Assembly (NCBI GenBank): GCA_003990765.1
Contig: RBNJ01000330.1
Location: 1-32,844 of the forward strand
Direction of reading: 5' to 3'
Origin: Jimgerdemannia flammicorona
Lineage: Eukaryota
DNA: 32,844 bases
Translations under genes and position numbers: made by a program
Part shown: positions 1 to 11,079 of the stretch, in pieces
Layout of the letters: the number at the start of each line of letters is the position of its first letter
How positions within the stretch are numbered: the stretch's first letter is position 1
Notes under the pieces: model-generated
The model's input: only the letters and a program-made list of their open reading frames with translations
Databases searched by the model: none
Told to the model about the DNA's origin: nothing

Positions 1-464
1 CCTCTGTTGAGATCCACCATCAGCTGTCACATCTGGATTTTTTTTCAGATTAGCAGTCTTCTTGCCATCAGCAGTCCCACTCCTCTCAGCCACTACTCTC
101 TCAGCCCTACTGCCCTCACTATCATAGACCACTCCACTAGCCCCTACAGTTCTCACCCTCCTTGGCCAGCCCTCCAGTCCTGTCATCAGATGACTCTCCT
201 TTATCTTGTCTGTGAAGCTCATCCTCTCCATCCTCTGTTCTCCAGTACTATCTCCTCCCCTTTCATGTCCTCTTACCAGTAAGCCCTGCATGCTTCCCCC
301 CAAGCCATGACTCCTCCATACATACTGTCAATCAAAAACACTAGGGCCACTCTGCCCAGAACACACCTTGGAGTACTCATTGGTTACCATATTGCTAGTA
401 GCTTTTCTTTAAAAATGATGTCCTAAGTATTGCTAGAAGTTTGTATAATCTGAATGTTATCAGA
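1..464 (-). mobile_element. 5' end (5'UTR/ORF1 start) of a degenerate L1/Tx1-like LINE that runs off the left edge of the window
   Basis: The reverse complement aligns colinearly with 26591-27050 (e.g. ATTCAGATTATACAAACTTCT..CAATACTTA.GACATCATTTT and GACTGCTAATCTG.AAAAAAAT), the 5' end of the plus-strand LINE. Confidence 0.75.
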
Positions 465-468
465 GAAA

Positions 469-1650
469 GATGTCAATTCTTTTAAAATAGAAGCTCATCT
501 TCTCATAGGTAAACTCAATACTATCATAATATTTCTTTATTTATGATCTATATAGATGTCTTGTATAAGGTCTCAACTTCAATCTCTTATTAACTTCTTG
601 ACCTTTACTACTAAAATTATTCTACCAGAATAGCTCTTTTTCTAGTATTTCATTAATCTGCTCTCTGATAACTCTAACTTTTACATCTCTTTATCAGATA
701 TATTTCAAACTAATATTTGGTAATGGCTTGATTTTTTAGTACTATGGAATGGTATTTTAGTCATTTAGCCAATTAAGTGATTTAATTCATCTTATCTATT
801 TATGGACCAATGCTAGTAGTAACTTAGGCTTTAGAGTATACTATGATAGATTATAGTTCTCAGTCTCATGGCTCTTTGCTCCAATACTATATAATATTTA
901 ATTCAAAGAGCTTTATACTTTATGATAGCTGCTACTACTTAGAGCAATCTGTGGGCCTTCTACTGGATCCTTCTTTATATAGATAACAAAAATTATCAAC
1001 TCAGACATATATACAACTCTCTTCTACTTAAGCTTCTTTGGTAACTTTATTTTCTCATAATATTGCATCTCTTCCAACTTTATACTATATATATCTTTAT
1101 TTCTAATAATGACATAGCTGATAAATTTTTCTGTTCTGATCTCTTTTACTTCAACCACCTTACTCTCTATATATAGATATATCTAATAATATTTAGTAAG
1201 ATCTGCATATTATATTTCTACTCATCATTATCTTCTTTCTGTAGTATGGACTGATAAAATCTATATACTGCTTATGTATATTCTTCAGAACATTGCAGTC
1301 TTCCTCAATTCAGTACTCTCTATAGTAACTGCAGCTCTGATAGTACTATAACTATATATGAGCTAGTGCTAATATAATGGATCTATCATCTTACCTTATA
1401 ATACTGACAACTTACTACTATTAAGTAATATCTCACTACTATTCAGTTTCTTCACATTAACTCCTATCTTGCTGATCCTTACATATGTCTCCAACAGCTG
1501 CTCTGAGTTATATATAGTGTCAAATAATAGCTGAGCATATAGCTAACCTATTCTTAGCTTCCAATTACCATTAGTATCTTATATCAGTTATTGGCCCTTC
1601 TATATTTATAGATTATGATGATCTCAATAAGTAGTAGTAATGTCTCTACT
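469..1650 (+). pseudogene. Heavily decayed Ngaro/DIRS relic: RT C-terminus, RNase H and tyrosine recombinase N-terminus
   Basis: Conceptual translation follows the Ngaro copy at 10600-11800 colinearly: IEAHLLIGKLNT~MEACLPLGKIDT; LWTNASSNLGF~LWIDASGI.GF; FKELY; NNDIAD~DNGIAD; IIFFL*YGLIKS~VAFFLWFGLAKS; LHINS..ADP; DYDDL. Many stops arising from C>T/G>A changes. Confidence 0.8.
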
Positions 1651-2042
1651 CTAATATATATATACTATATTATATGAAGAAGATGTCACACTTACCAGAT
1701 ACATCAAACATAAGTCCACCAAGTAGTATAAGTAGAATGGAACCTAGAACAACTGGTAGTATAAGCCTACTTATTATAATCATCTTAACTATGACTATTT
1801 CTGCAGTGATGTCAATAGTAAAGAGGATGATTCTTATCTTTAATGATAAGGACTATACTATATGGGCATACTATATAAAGAATCTCTTAGAAGAATGTAG
1901 TCTAAAGAGAAATACTAAAAGCCACCAATACAAATAATAGGATATGATATTACAAAGAATTACAGAGTACTAAGGGAGATTATATTCACTCTTTTGAATA
2001 TATAAATGAAACTCATTATCAATGCTATGATGGTGAATATAG

Positions 2043-3340
2043 TGTAATGTGCCTGGCTCAATGAAGGCAAATTACAAGGTTGGGGATTGATGCAGTTTGG
2101 CTTGAGCCCCTAGTTACTTTGTCAAAAAGCAACAAAATGTTCTAAGATTCCTGAGGTCCTTGGTGTTTAGTGGTATAATAGTCAAAATCTGGATAATGTG
2201 CAAGTAGTTTCCTTTTTGGGACAAGTTCTTGGGTGTAGTGTAATTTGTATATGTGTGAACAGGTTTCCTAATTGGGTCAACTGGGAATACTACAATTTGT
2301 GTAGCGAGACAATTTCCAAAAGTATGCGATTTCTGGGTGACGGCTTTGGTGCAACGATCTCTGTGTAGCATGACGATCTTGATGCGACGATCTCTGTGTA
2401 GCGCGACTGGTTCCTTATGGGGATGTTCTGATAATTTGGCAGATAACTTGATTTGTCTACTGGGAATGGAGGATGGTGAGGATTCTTCCATATCGGGCTC
2501 ACTGGGAACAAATGAATAACTTGGTGGCAGATAATTCAGATAACTCAGTTAACCTGAATGTCGCGAATCAGGCTCTTCTGGGAATACAGATAACTCGGGC
2601 AGCACAGGTTCTCTGGGAATGTGAATAACTTGTTCTGGGAAATAACTCGGATGGCGTGGATTCTTCTAAATCAGCGGCTTCAACTGGGAATACAGTGGAT
2701 AACTTAAAAATGGCAGATAACTCAGATTCTTGGCAAGTTACGTCAAAGACTGGCTTCGTTTGCATGGGGTTATATCGTTAGACTGGCTCTACTGCAAAGT
2801 TGCATCAGAAAGACTGGCTTGTGGCAAGAAAGGCAGGCTTTTCTGGGATTCTTCAGGCTTATCTGGCAAGCGAACCAAGGGTTTCTCTTCAAAACAGACT
2901 CGTTCTTTGTATCGGAAAGTGGACCAGAGTGGGGAAATAAGCTCACAATCTCCTAGCAGTGGCTGTAGAGTTCCTCTCGAAGTGTGGTAGGCAGACTTGT
3001 CTTTTTGCTTCAATTTCGGAGTGAGGTTTATTCACTCTTGTCTCTGGGGTAATTTATACATTGTGGTTGCTATCTGGGTGCTATGTGGCTAACTATAGAT
3101 TTGCTATCTATGGCAGGTATACAGAGTCTGTATGGTGTATAGGACCTGTACAGTGTACAGAGTCTGTATGGTGTACAGAGTCTGTACAGGTAAACAGACC
3201 CTATCTGGTATGTTCTGCTAATTATACAGTTTCTGCAGCAATGGTTACTGGTTACTATGCTATATGTTCACATCATCTGGCTAATTGTTCACATCATCTA
3301 GCTAAGGTATAATTTGGGTGATATGTCTTAGTTTGTCACA
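2043..3340 (-). repeat. 3' LTR of the family A gypsy element (1298 bp)
   Basis: The minus strand reads TGTGACAAAC...CATTACA. It aligns with 8524-8715 + 14427-15538 and, inverted, with 17475-18970. Confidence 0.95.
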
Positions 3341-3352
3341 TCAGCCCCCACT
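3341..3352 (-). promoter_or_regulatory. Polypurine-tract-like plus-strand priming site
   Basis: AGTGGGGGCTGA lies immediately 5' of the TG of the 3' LTR on the minus strand. Confidence 0.7.
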
Positions 3353-3412
3353 GAAGGATAGTCTGTCCCAGACTGTTCTTCAGTCATCATCCCAATAGGC
3401 ATAGGCTGAATT

Positions 3413-3900
3413 CGTCATTCTCTGGAAGGTGGGGGGTATATTGCAAAGTCCAAAGGGCATTTAGAGGTACTCAAACAGTTTTCCTAGAGTAAGGAAGGCT
3501 GTCTTTTGGATGTCCTTTGGGTCCATGGGGATCTCATGGAATCCTGCAAAGAGGTCCATACTGCTGAAGTATCTGGCATCTTGTAACTGATCTAAGAGGT
3601 CATCAATTCTGGGCAGAGGATATGCATCTTTTTCGGTGACTGAATTGAGTTTTCTGTAATCCACGCAGAGTCTCCATCCTCCTTTCTTTGGTACAATAAG
3701 TATAGGGCTGGCCCAGGGGCTGGTAGAGGGTTGGATGACCCCATTATCTAAGAGTTCTTGAATGTGCTCCTTTTTGAATGTTTTCAAGTGATGGGGTATT
3801 CTATAGAGTTTCTGCCAGATGGGTGTTGCATTTCCTGTATTTATACTGTAGTGATATGATGGATTGTATGGCAGATTGCCTTAATTGGTGGTGAAGATAT
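3413..3900 (-). pseudogene. Ty3/gypsy reverse transcriptase, N-terminal half only
   Basis: IQPSTSPWASPILIVPKKGGWRLCVDYRKLNSVTEKDAYPLPRIDDLLD...KTAF...EYL*MPFGLCNIPPTFQRM. The sequence stops before the YxDD motif. Confidence 0.95.
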
Positions 3901-4389
3901 CTGGATATTTTTTGAGAAGTTCTACTAGTTGTTGCTATTATTGAGGTGTCAATTCTTCTCCAATGTTGGTGGAAGGCTTCACTGTCTCCTGGAGTGCAGA
4001 GGGGCCCTTCCTTTCTTCTGGGACCTTTTACCATTTCCCAATAGGTTTAGTTCATAAACCTCCCTATGAGTTCGGTTGAGAAAAGGCACCAGATGTCCTA
4101 TGATGGTTCCTTTTGGCAAGATGATGGTTTCCCAACTTTGGTTGGCTGCTTGGGAATGTACTGGATTCATCTTGTCAGGGAATGTATGTCCCTCTATGTC
4201 CAGGTGAGGAATATCTTCCTTGAGTTCAAAGAAAAGGTTTCTGAGATCAGGTATTGCAAAGATTTCGAAAGTTGTTTGTTCTCCAGGCTCTAGGATGAGA
4301 TTCTTGTACAGTCTGACTGGTTGCCAGTACACTTGTTGGGGAGCATTCTTCTTGAGGTGGTTGACTTGAAGGAGATGTACTTTCTTCTT

Positions 4390-4795
4390 GTCTGAGCTTC
4401 CAAATCCTTTGGCTTGCCTTGTTCCTTCAGTCAGTTCAGATACTTCCTGTAATTGCAGGGTCCTGACCTTCATGAAGACTGCTTGGGCAATCTTCTGTCC
4501 TCTAATGATTTGGTGCTATTCTGCACTGCTGTTGTGTAGGATAACCTTGATATTACCTTTATATCCTGGGTCGATGGTTCCTCCTTCTACAGTTATTCCT
4601 TGTCTGGCAAGTCCAGACCTTGAGGTCAATTGGATGTAAGCTCCTTGGGGTGGCTGCATGGCTAATCTGGTTCTGATCATGAATATTTTTCCAGACTTGA
4701 TAGATTCATCCTCCAGACTATGAAGATTATACCCAACATCTTCTGGGTGGGCTTTAGTCGGGGGTTTGGCCTTGGGATGTAGCAGGGCATACTGG
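4390..4795 (-). pseudogene. Trimeric dUTPase domain inside gypsy pol, between PR and RT
   Basis: Motifs I-V are recognisable: DVGYNL, RSGLA, GTIDPGYKGNI, KIAQ, RQAKGFGSS. One in-frame stop at 4516-4518. Confidence 0.93.
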
Positions 4796-6089
4796 GCAAT
4801 GTTCTTGCTGAGTTCAGGCTGTCCTAGAGCTGAGGCTCTACTAGCAGAGAGCCTCCAAGCTCTAAGATTGAGGTGTGGCCATCTGGCTCCAGTAGAGGGG
4901 TCTTGGAGATAGTTGATTCCCCTTCTTCCTATAGAGTCAAGGGCTTCCATGAAGTTGGTGGCATCTTCTGCCCATCCTTGGTGGGTTTTATGTCTGATGA
5001 GAGCTAGGATGTCTTCTCCCAAATCATAGATCTTGAGAACTCTTCTTCCTGGCTTCCTGGTTTGGCTTTTTCGGATCTGGCCTCTGTTGTCTCCTCTCTT
5101 TAGAGTGTGGACTGCAACATCATGACTGAGGTGAATCTTCTGATATCTGCAGTCTTGGCAGTCAGGGTGTCTTCTATGGTTGCAATATCCCATTGCTCAG
5201 AAATGATGTTCCTTGTTATTGATTTCTTGTTGCCTTGGGAATCAGTACCCATCTTGGTCATAAGTGGGTGAAAGAGTAGACAAGGGATATATTTCTGTCC
5301 AGGTGAAGAAGCCTTGCCCTCTGAATCAGCTTTGCAATTTGGTGGTGACTTCTTGAAAGGTAGTTGACTGTGCAAGTATGTTCAGGGGTTCTGGTCTCTG
5401 GGGTCTCTGTCTCTCCTGTTGGTCCAGTAAATGGCACTGATAGCAATAGTCTTAGGGAGAGTGAAAGATCATTTGGTATGGTCATCTTCCTAATTGAAAA
5501 GCTTTCTCTTGGTGAGTTTCTTTCTTGGGGATAATAGTGATTGTACTGGGTCCTTTTTCTGTATTCCAGGGGTCATTGTCTTCAGATGGTGTCCAGCAAG
5601 GATCATCCCAGGGAATGAGTTCAGGGGTCTCTTCTTCTTCAGGTACTTCTTGTTTGGGAACTTCTTGGTCAGAAGTTTCTTTTTCCTCAGATGATTCTTG
5701 ACCCCAAATTGCTTGTACTTCTGCAGCCTCAGTTGCAGGTGTTTCTGGAACATATCTGCATTTCTTCTTCTTCCTTCTGTACTCTGGGCAGGCTGTGTCA
5801 GGTGATTTCCTTATTCCCATGATCTTGGAGGAGTACTCAGGACACTTGTGTCTCTTGAGGCAGATAGGGCATCCTTTGACTTCTCCTGCAATGGCTCCAA
5901 TGGTGATGGGGATGGTGTTCTTAGCCCACACATTATCTTCTGGTCTGTCATCCACCAGGTTAATTTGGGGATTGAGTCTGGGATCATTTCCATCTTCAGA
6001 TTCTTCCTCTTCTTCTGTGGTAGATTCCTCACTACTGGCATATTCTTTCTGAATAGTGACCTTCTTCTTCTTCTTTGATTGCTCATAGC

Positions 6090-6450
6090 TAGTTACCTTA
6101 ACTCTATACTTCTTGCCTCAGTAATCAAACTTGAGAACTTGTTGGCCAATATTGATGACTGCATTCATTTCCTTCATCCAGTTGGTGCCAAGAATCATGT
6201 CATAGATGACAGCTTCAGTGACAACAGCTTTGGGGATAGAGAACTGAATGTGTCTGAGGGAGATAGTGATATTTCGTACTTCTCCAAGGGGTTGGGTTCA
6301 GGCTCCATCTGCTACTATGATGCTGAGGTTGGATGGTCCATCAATGGGCCATTGAAGGGTGTCTAGGAACTATTTGGCAATGATACAGACAGCTGCTCCT
6401 GTATCTATGTGGATTTTCGCCTTTTGTCCTCCAATATCTCCATGTAGGTA
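6090..6450 (-). pseudogene. Retroviral-type aspartic protease (approximate bounds)
   Basis: The minus strand at ~6380-6420 reads AKIHIDTGAAVCII; a downstream MILGTNWM matches the ILG-D motif position. Confidence 0.85.
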
Positions 6451-8490
6451 GGTACTGATATGTCTTTCAGCTGCCTGAACAGGGATGGGAACTGGTTCTT
6501 GCTGTGGGATTGGGACTTGGCCAGTGCTAGACCTGGTGGTTCTCAGCAATTTGTTTCAGACTCTGGCTGGTGTCAGTTGCAGGAACTGCAGGAGGGAGAC
6601 TTCCATCTTCACCTCTTGAATCTTCTGCCAGGCTTCATTGTAAATGTCCCTAGACATGGTCTTTGGAGTGTACTTCTTCTTGGGCCTTGGCGCAGCAGGT
6701 TCCTGTTCTTCTTGTTCCATTTCTTCATCTTCTGATAGTAACTCATTTGCCTTAGGAACAAAAGGTGACAGGGTTTGGGGAGGTGTTTCTACCTGTTCCT
6801 CTTCATGTTCTTTATTCTCTTCTTGGATAATTCTTCTGCTGATGTTCCTGGATGGCCTTTCCACAGGTCTCTTCCTTTTCTCTGCTGGGTAAACTGTTTT
6901 TCGAGAGATGACCTTAGTAGGGTATAAGTCTAAGTTGCTATAGTCTTCACTGTTGCTTGCTTCCTCAAAATCTTCTACAGGATGGGCTTCAGTCTTCTTG
7001 TACTGAGTGTTGTTCCTTCGGTTTGGTGGTTCTGAGTCCCTTTGGTCACTTCTTTTGTTGTCACATTCAGTGGCATAGTGTCCAAATTGTCCACAGTAGA
7101 AGTATTGGACTTGGGCTCTGTCTCAGATGAGATATCTTCTTTCTTCTTGGTGATAACCCCTGTTGTCTCTGGGTGGATAACTTTGGTTCCTCTGTGGTGG
7201 GTATCCTCTGTTATCTTGGTAGCTCCAGTTTTTGTGTATAGTGAGTTTTTCAATCTGTCTAACCAATTGGTCCAACTTGGAGCTAATGTCTTGGATTTTA
7301 TTTCTGTCCTTCTTTCCTTCCTTAGCTGGCCTTCTTTCTTCAGATCTTTCTTGTTCTTGAAGGAGTCCTTGTAGGGCTTTGACCAGGATGTCTTCTTTTT
7401 CTTCTTTTCTGTCATGGTCACTCCAGGTAGTTTCTTGTCTGACATCAAAGAATCCTTGGGCTGCATCTACTTGCTCTTTAGACCTTCTGATGCCTAGGGT
7501 GCAGACATGCTGGACAATTTTTGGGGGAATTCCATTCATGAAGATCATTGGACCAATGATGTCCTGGTTGGTGGTATTGAATCCAGCAGCATGCATTTTC
7601 TTCTGGATTTTTGTAAAGAAGGCTCTGGGTGATTCTCTGAGGTTCATCTTCATTCCCATGATAGATTCTTGAGCCTTGTGGTGGGTTTTGTTTCCTGCAT
7701 ACTTTTTGATAAGCCAGTGGACCATGGTCTCATATTCTAGTTCATCAGACATTGCTGTTTGTATCTGTCTCACCAGTTCTGAATCTTGGTTGTTTGCTAT
7801 TCAATGAAAAATTCCTCTGGCTGGTTCTCTGAGCTGAGCTTTGTAGATGGCAATTTTTCTTTCATCTGAGAGATTTCTCAAGGCTGCAATTCCTTCAATT
7901 CCATCAAGAAATTCTCTGGGGTCTTCCTCTGAATATCCTGCAAAGGTTGGTAATGAGGTGGCCATTTCATCATCACTTCCTTCTGATTCTAGTTCTGGTT
8001 CGGATTCTGATTCCAGTTCACTTTCTGAGCTGTCACTGGAGATAGGGGTGCTTAGGTATCTTGAAGATGGTGTTCTAGACCTTGGATGAAATTGAATAGG
8101 TCTAGGTATTCTTGTAGGAGCTACTTTCAGCTCTGCAAGGGGTTGTGGTAAAGGTTCTATTGGTGAAATTGGTGGGGCTGATCTGGGGCATCTGGCTGTA
8201 AGGTCTCGGGTTCATGTGATAAGGTCTTCTAGTTCTTGTGCAAGTTCTCCAAAATCTCTAACAGGGCTGCCTGTATTGTCTGGTTGATCTGGTTGAGAAT
8301 TTCAGGCTATACTGCCTTCTGGTTCAGGTTGGGATCCTTCTGATGCTGGGTAATTGACAAGTCTTGAAGTAATTACTTCTCTTCCTGTCCAGATGCTGGT
8401 GATAACTAGTTCTCCTGTAGTAGCAGAGGTTGGTGTTGTATCAAATGTATCCAGTTTGACTGTGGGTTCTTGTGAGCTGAAAAGTTGCAT
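6450..8490 (-). pseudogene. Gypsy gag with CCHC zinc knuckle, frameshifted and with stops
   Basis: ATG at 8490 just after the PBS; capsid-like LPTFAGYSEEDPREFLDGIE; knuckle YFYCGQFGHYATEC at 7064-7105 (first Cys mutated). Confidence 0.85.
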
Positions 8491-8503
8491 TGATTTTGAA
8501 ATC

Positions 8504-8521
8504 TTCCCAGTTGACCCCCCA
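8504..8521 (-). promoter_or_regulatory. Primer-binding site, 18 nt, shaped like the complement of a tRNA-Pro 3' end
   Basis: TGGGGGGTCAACTGGGAA starts 2 nt after the 5' LTR. Its complement TT-CCCAG-TTGACCC-C-CCA has T-arm/acceptor/discriminator/CCA geometry. Confidence 0.8.
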
Positions 8522-8523
8522 AA

Positions 8524-8715
8524 TGTAATGTGCCCAGCTCAATAGAGGCAAATTACAAGATTGGGAGTTGATGTAGTTTGGCTTGAGCCCCTAGTTACTT
8601 TGTCAAAAAGCAACAAAATGTTCTAAGATTCCTGAGGTCCTTGGTGTTTAGTGGTATAATAATCAAAATCTGGATAATGTGTGAGCAGTTTCCTTTTTGG
8701 GACAGGTTCTTGGGT
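8524..8715 (-). repeat. 3' portion of the family A 5' LTR, split by the Ngaro insertion
   Basis: Near-identical to 2043-2234. Confidence 0.95.
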
Positions 8716-8948
8716 CAATGTTTTTGCCATAATGTCGATCTATGCTAGGGAGGTGTAACTATACTACGTTTTGCATAATGTCAACTATGCTATGCTCACA
8801 TGATGTCAATCCTCGTGATAAAACACCAATAACTCCTTGTCACCGAAATGACCATACATCACTCCGAAATCCTAGGAAAGAAACCTCAAATAAATGATCG
8901 ATTGTTCTGTATTTGGGTGGAAACACACAGTATAAAAGACTGGCCCAA
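8716..8948 (-). repeat. Ngaro split direct repeat B2 (233 bp)
   Basis: Direct repeat of 9236-9468. Confidence 0.92.
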
Positions 8949-8982
8949 CCACTATGTATATATATGTAAGGTGAGGTGGGTG

Positions 8983-9235
8983 GTAATGAAATGCGTACGA
9001 ATGTACGAAAGTGCAAAAGCATAAGTGTAAAGTGCATATGAAGTAATGTTGGGTGAATGGTAGAATTACATATACATAGAAGTAATGCGCCTACTGCGCT
9101 AGTACCAAAAAAGGAAAGACTATGCCTGATTTAGAAACGCCTTAGACAAACAATGGCATTGAAACATTTTGGGCGCTATACGCCCAAGACCTTCCTGCAT
9201 TCATTGACCTGTGGTCTCGAGTGAGCCCCCTCATT
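8983..9235 (-). repeat. Ngaro split direct repeat A2 (253 bp)
   Basis: Direct repeat of 14178-14426 with a 4-bp indel. Confidence 0.92.
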
Positions 9236-9468
9236 TAATGTTTTTGCCGTAATGTTGATCTACGCTAGGGAGGCATAACTATACTACGTTTTGCATAATG
9301 TCAACTATGCTACGCTCACGTGATGTCAATCCTCATGATAAAACACCAATAACCCCGTGTCACCGAAATGACCATGCATCACCCCGAAATCCTAGGAAAG
9401 AAACCTCAGATAAATGATTGATTGTTCTGTATTTGGGTGGAAACACACGGTATAAAAGACCGGCCCAA
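9236..9468 (-). repeat. Ngaro split direct repeat B1 (233 bp)
   Basis: Direct repeat of 8716-8948; abuts A2 exactly. Confidence 0.92.
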
Positions 9469-9650
9469 ATGTTATATGTAAAATGTGTGGGATGATGATG
9501 TGTAGCAGTGTGAGTTGGCAGTGCCGAAAGAAAGAACTCAGCCCAAATGAAGTAAAAAGGGGGGTTATGGATGTGGAAATGTGAGCGGAGTAGATGATAG
9601 AAAGGTGCCGAAGGCTTAATAGAAAGGCCGCGCCCAATGTCGATGATATG

Positions 9651-10014
9651 GCTGGTGTCATGAGCCACGCGGTTAAAACCGAGGGCAGGTGTCGCGAATC
9701 GTGTGACAGCCAAGAAGCTGATTTAACGAGCCCAGTGATCAAGGGATAGAACTGGTGTCACGAGTTGCGTGGGGGTCCGAGTAGGCTGGTGTCGTGAGCT
9801 GCGCGATAACGAAAAGAAGGAGGGCTGGTGTTGCGAGCCGCGCAATATCGGAAAAGGTTGGTATCGCGAACTACACGGTGGCAAGAGGCTGAGGTGGGTG
9901 GATTAAAGGCTGGTGTCGTGAGCCACGCAGTGATGTAAGGCCGATGAGGAGAGGTAAAGGCTGGTGTTGCGTGCTGCGCGGGACCCAGAATAAGCTGGTG
10001 TCACAGGCTATGCA
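9651..10014. repeat. Array of 10 copies of a 21-nt motif (consensus GCTGGTGTCGCGAGCCGCGCG) with non-repeating 11-31-nt spacers
   Basis: Copies start at 9651, 9685, 9717 (degenerate), 9751, 9785, 9824, 9857, 9909, 9960 and 9994. Confidence 0.85.
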
Positions 10015-10039
10015 GTAGAAAAAAAGGAATGGGAAATCG

Positions 10040-11047
10040 TTAACCACAAGTAATATGAGTAACAGAACAAGTATTATGAGTTAATGAAGCCCGAAGGTGG
10101 AGAATGCAAGAAATAGGCATGTGAATATAGCCTTTAAATGCCACACTCTCCCACTGACCCAACATCTGAATCTCGTAATCGGATAAACCGGCCGCAGCAG
10201 TATCAGATGTTGCACCAATCCGAAAACTATGCCCAGCATAAAGAAGCAGATTCAGACCAATCCGTGGAAGTAACATGTGAAGACAACTAACGAGATAGGC
10301 CCGAGAGAACGATCAATTCGCGGAACGCCGGAACAGAGGGGTGTCGGGTGGGGCTGGGTGCGCCAGGTAATGAAGGCGAAGTAAGGATACAATGCATGGC
10401 GTGGTGGGATCCATTTTGGCGATAAAAAGTGTTGCACCCTGGCAAAACGGGTCTGTTTTAGAGGCCGGCAGGGTGAGCGTAATATGGGTGGGGTCGGCAA
10501 TGCTAGGTTGAAAGACCACAGAGCTGCGGGACAGCTGGGAAACGGGATCGAAAGACCTGTCCCACGTAAATTCGCCAGAGCAAAGAAAGCCGACATATGC
10601 AAGCGACATCGTGGTCATAAGATGCAGATCGTCATAATCAGATAGCTGAAGCAAACTGATAAGACTGCGAAGAATACCGAGCATGATAGAAAGCCGAGGT
10701 CGAGTTGGGCATATGCCTAGCCACCACTTCACGCCATGCATCACTTGGGGAAGTTGGTGAAGACTGATGAATGGATCGGCAAAACTGGAGTTGATGTGTA
10801 GAGAACGAACAGCTGAGAGGTAACATTTGATTGTGGATGGTTGAAGCCGTCACAAGGCCAAGCTACAGACCCACCGCACTAGCACCAGTTCGGATGCGGG
10901 CAAAGGCCCGCCGGAGGCATGATTACCGCCATAGAGATTGCAGAATTGGAGGAAGCTGTGTTGTCCTGAAGAGTATGAGCGGCGCGTTGATTTTGCCAGT
11001 CCGAACCACAAAAAGAAGGCAACGATGGGTGGAAGCGCAGAATGCAA
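10040..11047 (-). pseudogene. Ngaro tyrosine recombinase with N-terminal SAM-like domain
   Basis: A single frame with two TGA stops (10850, 10313): GLAKSTRRSY; GFL(C)SGEFT (catalytic R mutated); SKTDPF; YAGHSFRIGA; LGQWES.AFKGYI. Confidence 0.95.
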
Positions 11048-11079
11048 ACGATACCAATCGTGGTCAGGAGCGTCTGAGC

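Noticed and set aside
1581..1600. CA|GTTATTGGCCC resembling a copia-type PBS (GGTTATGGGCCC) after an LTR end
   Set aside because: It translates in frame as part of the decayed Ngaro recombinase (ILYQLLALL..DYDDL), colinear with 10620-10690, and no matching LTR was found.
2114..3312. Short ORFs in family A LTRs (also 14333-15188 and 17723-18515)
   Set aside because: They recur only because the LTR is repeated, differ in frame and length between copies, and mostly translate the tandem motif array.
5494..8089. Plus-strand ORFs of 60-110 aa over the gypsy internal region
   Set aside because: They are antisense shadows of gag/pol with low-complexity Ser/Phe/Leu content and no recognisable motifs.
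9651..10014. Bona fide CRISPR array
   Set aside because: The context is a eukaryotic retrotransposon with no cas genes, the repeats are degenerate, and the spacers are short and uneven. Kept only as a repeat-spacer finding.
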